DNA from: an uncultured Thermoplasmata archaeon
GTDB lineage: Archaea > Thermoplasmatota > Thermoplasmata > Lutacidiplasmatales > UBA184
Assembly (NCBI GenBank): GCA_963838955.1
Contig: CAWISZ010000003.1
Location: forward strand, 341,121-405,120
Length of the DNA: 64,000 nucleotides
Direction of reading: 5' to 3'
The position numbers and the translations under genes were made by a program. Below the pieces are notes generated by a model, which did no database searches, had not been told where the DNA came from, and worked only from the letters and a program-made list of their open reading frames with translations. Shown here in pieces: positions 59,360 to 64,000 of this stretch (positions are counted from its first letter, which is position 1; each line of letters begins with the position of its first letter).

Positions 59360-60489
59360 GGACGAGCGGCTACGACATCGTCGTGCTTCCCGGGGACGGC
59401 ACCGGCCCCGAGGTCATCGCGCAGGGTCGACGCGTGCTGGACGCGCTCGCGGAGACCGGCGCGCCGAAGTGGACCATCACCGAGTACCCCGGTGGGGCCC
59501 AGTACTACCAGCGGACCGGGCGGGAGTGGGAGCCCGAGGCCGAGGCGGCGGCCCACGCGGCGGACGCGATCCTCCTCGGAGCGGTCGGATGGCCGGGGGT
59601 CTCGTTGCCGAACGGCGACATCGCGGGCGCGGCGCTCGTGCTGGGTCTACGCTCGCGGCTCGATCTGTACGCGAACGTACGGCCTTGTCGGCTCTACCCG
59701 GGGGTCACCCACCGGATCAGCGGTGAGTACCGCACCGTCTGGTCCCCGGCAAAGGTCGACATGCTCATCCTGCGGGAGAACACCGAGGATCTCTACGCGC
59801 CCTTCCACGGCCGTCTCGCACGGGGCGGAGAGACCGAACTGACGATCGACTCTCGCGTGATCACGCGCAAGGGCTCCGAGCGGATCGTTCGACGGGCCTT
59901 CGAGGCCGCTCAGAGGCGCGACCGGGGCGCTCCCGAGGACGGCGCGCGACGCGTCACGTGCGTGGACAAATCGAACGTGATGGAGGGGTGCCGATTCTTC
60001 CGCGAGACCTACGACCGTGTTGCGACCGAATTCCCGGCGATCGGTCGGGACTACGCGTACGTCGACGCCTTCACCCAGTGGCTGGTGCGGAACCCCGAAC
60101 ACTTCGACGTGGTCGTCTCGACGAACATGATGGGGGACATCATCACGGATCTCGCCTCGGTCCTCCAAGGGGGCATGGGGTTCGCCGCCGGAGGGAACAT
60201 CGGCGATGAGCATGCGATGTTCGAACCCGTCCACGGAAGCTCGCCGAAGCACGCGGGGAAGAACCAGGTCAATCCATTCGCGACGTTCTTCGCGGTCGAG
60301 ATGATGCTCCGCTGGCTCGCCGACCGGAACAGCGACCGCGCGCTCACGGCCCAAGCGGATCGCCTCGAGCGAGCGATCGCCGGCGTCCTAGCGGGCGGGA
60401 CCGCGCGCACGTACGATCAGGGCGGCACGGCCACTACCTCCGACGCGGGGGACCGGGTGGTCGAGGCGCTACGAGGAGAGCGACGATGA
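59356..60489 (+). CDS. Isocitrate/isopropylmalate dehydrogenase family protein
   Basis: PGDGTGPEV, RENTEDLY, VDKSNV, NMMGDIITD, FEPVHGS. Confidence 0.94.
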   Translation: MRTSGYDIVVLPGDGTGPEVIAQGRRVLDALAETGAPKWTITEYPGGAQYYQRTGREWEPEAEAAAHAADAILLGAVGWPGVSLPNGDIAGAALVLGLRSRLDLYANVRPCRLYPGVTHRISGEYRTVWSPAKVDMLILRENTEDLYAPFHGRLARGGETELTIDSRVITRKGSERIVRRAFEAAQRRDRGAPEDGARRVTCVDKSNVMEGCRFFRETYDRVATEFPAIGRDYAYVDAFTQWLVRNPEHFDVVVSTNMMGDIITDLASVLQGGMGFAAGGNIGDEHAMFEPVHGSSPKHAGKNQVNPFATFFAVEMMLRWLADRNSDRALTAQADRLERAIAGVLAGGTARTYDQGGTATTSDAGDRVVEALRGERR

Positions 60490-61666
60490 GCCGGCGCGCG
60501 GCGATCGTGGGGGGTACGACGACGCCCTTCGGGGTACGCCCCACGACGTGGTCGGAACTCGCCCAGGAGGTCGGGGCCGCGCTCTTCCGAGCGGTGCCGG
60601 CGCTGCGCGCGGAGGATGTCGATTCGTTGTTCGTGGGCTCGGCCGAGCCCGAGCGCTTCGCGTTCCAATCGCACGTGGCGCCGCTCGCCGCTGAACAGAT
60701 GGGACTTCGACCGCATCGCATCCTGCAGCGTACCGAGCTCGCCTGCGCGTCGGGCCAATCGGCGATCCGCTCTGCCTACGCCGCGATCGCGTCGGGCCTG
60801 TCGGATGTCGCGGTCGCGGTCGGTGTGGAGAAGATGAACCTGCCGTCGATGGCCGAGGCGAACACCTCGATGGCGTGCGTGATGGACCGGGCGTGGGACG
60901 GACCCCACGGCGCGACGGCACCGCCGTTCTTCGCGATGGTCGCCCAGCGCCACATCCTCGAATACGGAACGACGCCGGAGGCATTGGCTCGAGTTTCTGA
61001 GAAGAACCACCGGTTCGCGAACACCAACCCGACCGCGCAGTTCTACGCCAAGACGTTCTCTTCCGAGAAGCTGCTCGGCCTACCGGTGGTCGCGCCCCCG
61101 CTCCGGCTCGGGGATTGTTCGTCAATGACGGACGGCGCGGCCGCGGTCGTCGTCGCCGGGGAGGAGTTCGTTCGACGCTACACCGACCGTCCGGCCTGGA
61201 TCCGGGCACCGGTCAGTACTCCGACTTCCACAACCTCGCCCACGCGGGCTCGCTGACGAAGTGGCCGGGACTGACGCGAGCCGCCGGCGAAGCGCTCGGC
61301 CAGGCGAGGCTCACGATCCAAGACATCGATTTTGCCGAGATCCACGACTGCTTCACGATCTCCGAGATCGTCGAGTACGAAGCGCTCGGACTCTGCCGGC
61401 CGGGAGAGGGGGGAACGTTCGCGCTCGAAGGACGGAGCGATCTGGGCGGAGAGATCGTGATCAACCCACGCGGTGGGTTGCTCGGGTGCGGCCACCCGCT
61501 CGGGGCGACGGGAATCGCCCAAGCCGTCGAGGTCTTCCAGCAGTTCGCGGGCGCCGTCCCGGCCGCACGCCAGGTGCCCGATCCTCGCTTCGCGCTCGTC
61601 CACAACCTCTCCGGCAGCGCCAACGTCCACTCGGTGATGGTCTACGAAGGGGGAGGTCGACCGTGA
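60486..61666 (+). CDS. Thiolase-family protein with intact catalytic motifs; 1-nt frameshift near 61205 (probable sequence error)
   Basis: ELACASG in frame 60486; EIHDCFT and GHPLGATG in the next frame; the join needs one extra G in CCGGG. Confidence 0.85.
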
Positions 61667-62193
61667 GCGAGCCCGAGCCCGCCGCCCGTCGGCGTCCCCG
61701 GACCGCCGCGGTCGCCCCCACGCCGGCCGCGGCGGTCGGTGCGCGGCCGAAGGTGGTCCTGGCCCCCCCGACGCCCTTCCTTCTGGACTTCTTCCCGTTG
61801 CAAGGCGCGGGACAGACCCGGCTCTCGCGCTTCTACGACCGCCTCAAAGAAGGCCGTGTCTCGACGACGCGCTGTCCCCGGGACGGCGAGGTCCACTGGC
61901 CGCCGCGCGTTGCTTGCCCCATCTGCCACAGCGAGGAGCTCGACTGGATCGACCTGCCCGAGCACGGACGGATCTATGCCTTCAGCGCCGTGCTCGGCGG
62001 AGCGCCCCTCGGGATGGAAGCCGACGTCCCGTTCGCCGTCGGGTTGGTGGACCTCACCGGCTCGAGCCTCCGTCTCTTCGGCCGAATCGAGGGTCGACCG
62101 TGGAGCGCCCTGAAGATCGGCGATGAGGTCCGGCTCGAAGCGTACCCGCTGGCCGACGGGCGATCGTTCTACCGGTTCCGCGCGGTCGGCTAG
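61663..62193 (+). CDS. DUF35 Zn-ribbon/OB-fold protein
   Basis: RCPRDG..HWPPRVACPIC, GRIYAFS, VPFAVGLVDL; GTGA overlap with thiolase. Confidence 0.88.
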   Translation: MSEPEPAARRRPRTAAVAPTPAAAVGARPKVVLAPPTPFLLDFFPLQGAGQTRLSRFYDRLKEGRVSTTRCPRDGEVHWPPRVACPICHSEELDWIDLPEHGRIYAFSAVLGGAPLGMEADVPFAVGLVDLTGSSLRLFGRIEGRPWSALKIGDEVRLEAYPLADGRSFYRFRAVG

Positions 62194-62249
62194 CCCCGGG
62201 CGGCGTACGGTCGCCGCGCGCGCCGCTATTGACGAGGCTGAGGCGGCTT

Positions 62250-62306
62250 TGTAGTTCAATCTCCGGCGTGTCGCTCAATCGTTTCGCGTGTCGTTTAATC
62301 GTCTCG
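62250..62306 (+). repeat. Three imperfect direct repeats (TGTAGTTCAATC / TGTCGCTCAATC / TGTCGTTTAATC) at 19-20 bp spacing
   Basis: Copies start at 62250, 62269, 62289; units 62266-62285 and 62286-62305 are 17/20 identical. Confidence 0.75.
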
Positions 62307-62398
62307 GATCGAGGAGGGTGGGTTCATCTTCGGTTGGTGCTTCAGATGCCGGGTGGCCATTCGGGGGCTCAAGCTCCGTGACCCTGCTCGGTGTAGAG

Positions 62399-63244
62399 AT
62401 GACCTTCCTCTGTTTGATGGACGAATCTGGACGACAGGTATCTCCAAATCGCTGGTTTGTATACGGCGGACTTGCAGTGGAAGGTTCCCAGATACATGAA
62501 CTTCACAGGGACCTGTGGCGAATTCGGCGCCAGGCGCACTTTTCGCGCGACGTTGCATTAAAGTGGCAGGCGCCGCCCCGAAAGGGCAGAGGAAGCGTGA
62601 AGAAAGGTGCCCACCTACTAGCGGTGGATGCGGTACTAGATGCATGCGTGGATCGACACGCAAAGCTGCTCCTCGTGATGACTCCGGCGGGAGTGACTGT
62701 TAACACTCAGGCCAACAACGACTCAATCAAAATCGGTATGAGCTACATCCTTGGCGCCTTGCAGCGGTTTTTTCTGGCCAAGAATGAGTACGGGATCGTC
62801 CTAACGGACAATCCACCAGGCTCTGGCAAGTTGGGTCCCGTTGAGGATGTCCTCCTCGCTGGCGTCCCAAGGGGAGTCGGCGGGTCACTACGCAGACGCT
62901 ACTACGACCGTTTGATATGCACTGGAGTGACCTCAATTCGATCTTCGCGCCTCATCTCGGCCATTGACATTCCCCTTGGAGCCTTCGCGTTTTGTCTAAA
63001 CTTCGGAGGCGTGCACCCGGTCAGGGCGCGAGCCCTTTACAACCGCCTCCGACCGATTCTGCACCGTGAACGACCAGGGCGCTACCAAAATCCATGGGGT
63101 TACGGATTGAGGGTCCGGCCCCAACGTTTCAAGGAGAGAGCGTACTTCAATTTCGCAAACAGTGGCATAGACATGCTTGTCTCGCTAGGGGAGTACCCAC
63201 CCGCAGCCTACCATCGACCTGTCCTAGCGCGAGCGGTATTCTAG
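62399..63244 (+). CDS. DUF3800 domain protein
   Basis: MDESG...FVYGGL N-terminus; S..S.LI..ID motif. Confidence 0.7.
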   Translation: MTFLCLMDESGRQVSPNRWFVYGGLAVEGSQIHELHRDLWRIRRQAHFSRDVALKWQAPPRKGRGSVKKGAHLLAVDAVLDACVDRHAKLLLVMTPAGVTVNTQANNDSIKIGMSYILGALQRFFLAKNEYGIVLTDNPPGSGKLGPVEDVLLAGVPRGVGGSLRRRYYDRLICTGVTSIRSSRLISAIDIPLGAFAFCLNFGGVHPVRARALYNRLRPILHRERPGRYQNPWGYGLRVRPQRFKERAYFNFANSGIDMLVSLGEYPPAAYHRPVLARAVF

Positions 63245-63334
63245 TTCGGGATAAGCTCAATTCGAGATGCTCATCCTCCGGTTGAGGCGCGCACCGCTTC
63301 AGGCGTTCGTGCTACCCGGTTCGAAACAGCCCCA

Positions 63335-63463
63335 TTAAGGGCAAGATCCGGCAATTGGACATCCGGACAAACCTACGGCAGATGGCGAGATGAACGCGAC
63401 CACGGCCATTATGATGACCGCGATTACGATGATTACGATGGCGGCTTTCGTGGTTGGGTTCAT
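63335..63463 (-). CDS. Putative 42-aa single-pass membrane or secreted peptide
   Basis: Manual translation MNPTTKAAIVIIVIAVIIMAVVAFISPSAVGLSGCPIAGSCP. Confidence 0.5.
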   Translation of the reverse strand: MNPTTKAAIVIIVIAVIIMAVVAFISPSAVGLSGCPIAGSCP

Positions 63464-63595
63464 ATTCTGGACCGTTCCTCGGCAGTCCAATCAGACGCCC
63501 TGCGGTATATCTTAGCTTCCCCAAAAGTGCGCTATCCGCGAGTTCTTGAGTACTTTAGTCCGGTTGGAACCTTACGGCCACGCCTTCTTCTAAAC

Positions 63596-63841
63596 TCATT
63601 GCGGAAGAGAGACTTCCACGGTGACACCCGTGTTAGTCTTGAATTCTGCCTGAGACAGGACACCCGTGGTAATGAGCCAGCCGGCTGGTTGCCTCAGGAG
63701 CGTGACGCGCGACCCCTCATGGAGGTCATACTCCGTGCACATCGCCTCCGGCAGGGTGATTCTTCGACCGCTGATCACCTTTACCGAGGTGATGGCGTTG
63801 ACCGATCCGGAACTGGTTTCAGACTCCTTTTTCGACGACAT
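63596..63841 (-). CDS. AbrB/MazE/SpoVT-like DNA-binding protein
   Basis: VKVISGRRITLPEAMCTEYDLHEGSRV matches the swapped-hairpin pattern. Confidence 0.6.
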   Translation of the reverse strand: MSSKKESETSSGSVNAITSVKVISGRRITLPEAMCTEYDLHEGSRVTLLRQPAGWLITTGVLSQAEFKTNTGVTVEVSLPQ

Positions 63842-64000
63842 CGACGGACCTTCCGAGCAGGGCTACAGTCTACGTCCCATTAAAACCGGCGGTCGAGTGG
63901 GTTCGAACCGTACGACCCGGTTCATATAAATACACTTCTAGCCTTCGAGCGTAAACTGATACGTCAGCATACTTGATATGGCAATGCCGACCTCTCGTCT

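Larger units (their letters stand above)
62250..64000. mobile_element. Left part of a putative integrated element or transposon (lower-GC island), continuing beyond the window
   Basis: Abrupt fall in GC and change in codon style after ~62250; TGT-initiated repeats at the boundary; accessory-type cargo; no transposase or integrase seen in the window. Confidence 0.5.

Noticed and set aside
1..62200. Many long overlapping or antisense Arg/Pro/Gly-rich ORFs (e.g. 20135-22810, 26394-28418, 44037-45737, 57077-59266)
   Set aside because: Expected shadows of real genes in high-GC DNA; no recognisable motifs
62250..62306. Mini CRISPR array
   Set aside because: Units are nearly abutting at a 19-20 bp period with no room for spacers; no CRISPR array was seen anywhere in the window
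63312..63524. 70-aa ORF with a His/Arg/Asn-rich segment
   Set aside because: Looks like the frame-shifted shadow of the Ile/Val-rich 42-aa peptide at 63335-63463

Overview
High-GC archaeal chromosome segment; gene content and sequence style suggest Thermoplasmata (inference). In order: (1) the large ribosomal-protein cluster rpl3 to rpl18 on the minus strand, with rps4e broken by a 1-nt frameshift; (2) a decayed DUF1801 gene, ilvA, DUF2203, DUF99; (3) two tRNA genes, Arg-UCU and Ala-GGC, both split by non-canonical T-loop (59/60) introns; (4) an HMG-CoA synthase/thiolase/DUF35 cluster whose thiolase has lost its catalytic residues; (5) MMPL protein, amidase, SufS-like enzyme and M20 peptidase; (6) a 15-gene aspartate-to-chorismate-to-tryptophan superoperon, preceded by an unannotated leader peptide ending in Trp-Leu-Trp and alternative RNA hairpins (candidate archaeal Trp attenuator); (7) dnaK, citrate synthase, Lsm, ribK, RaSEA, nadE, a CDIN1-like gene, hisS, tiaS; (8) a 2-oxoacid:ferredoxin oxidoreductase divergent from a LeuA/C/D/B-family operon coupled to a second thiolase with intact motifs and a DUF35 gene; (9) from about 62250, a lower-GC island that begins with a TGT-initiated triple repeat resembling a Tn7/Tn5053-type transposon end and carries DUF3800, a tiny membrane peptide and an AbrB-like gene. 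All calls come from visual reading and motif recognition; no searches were run.
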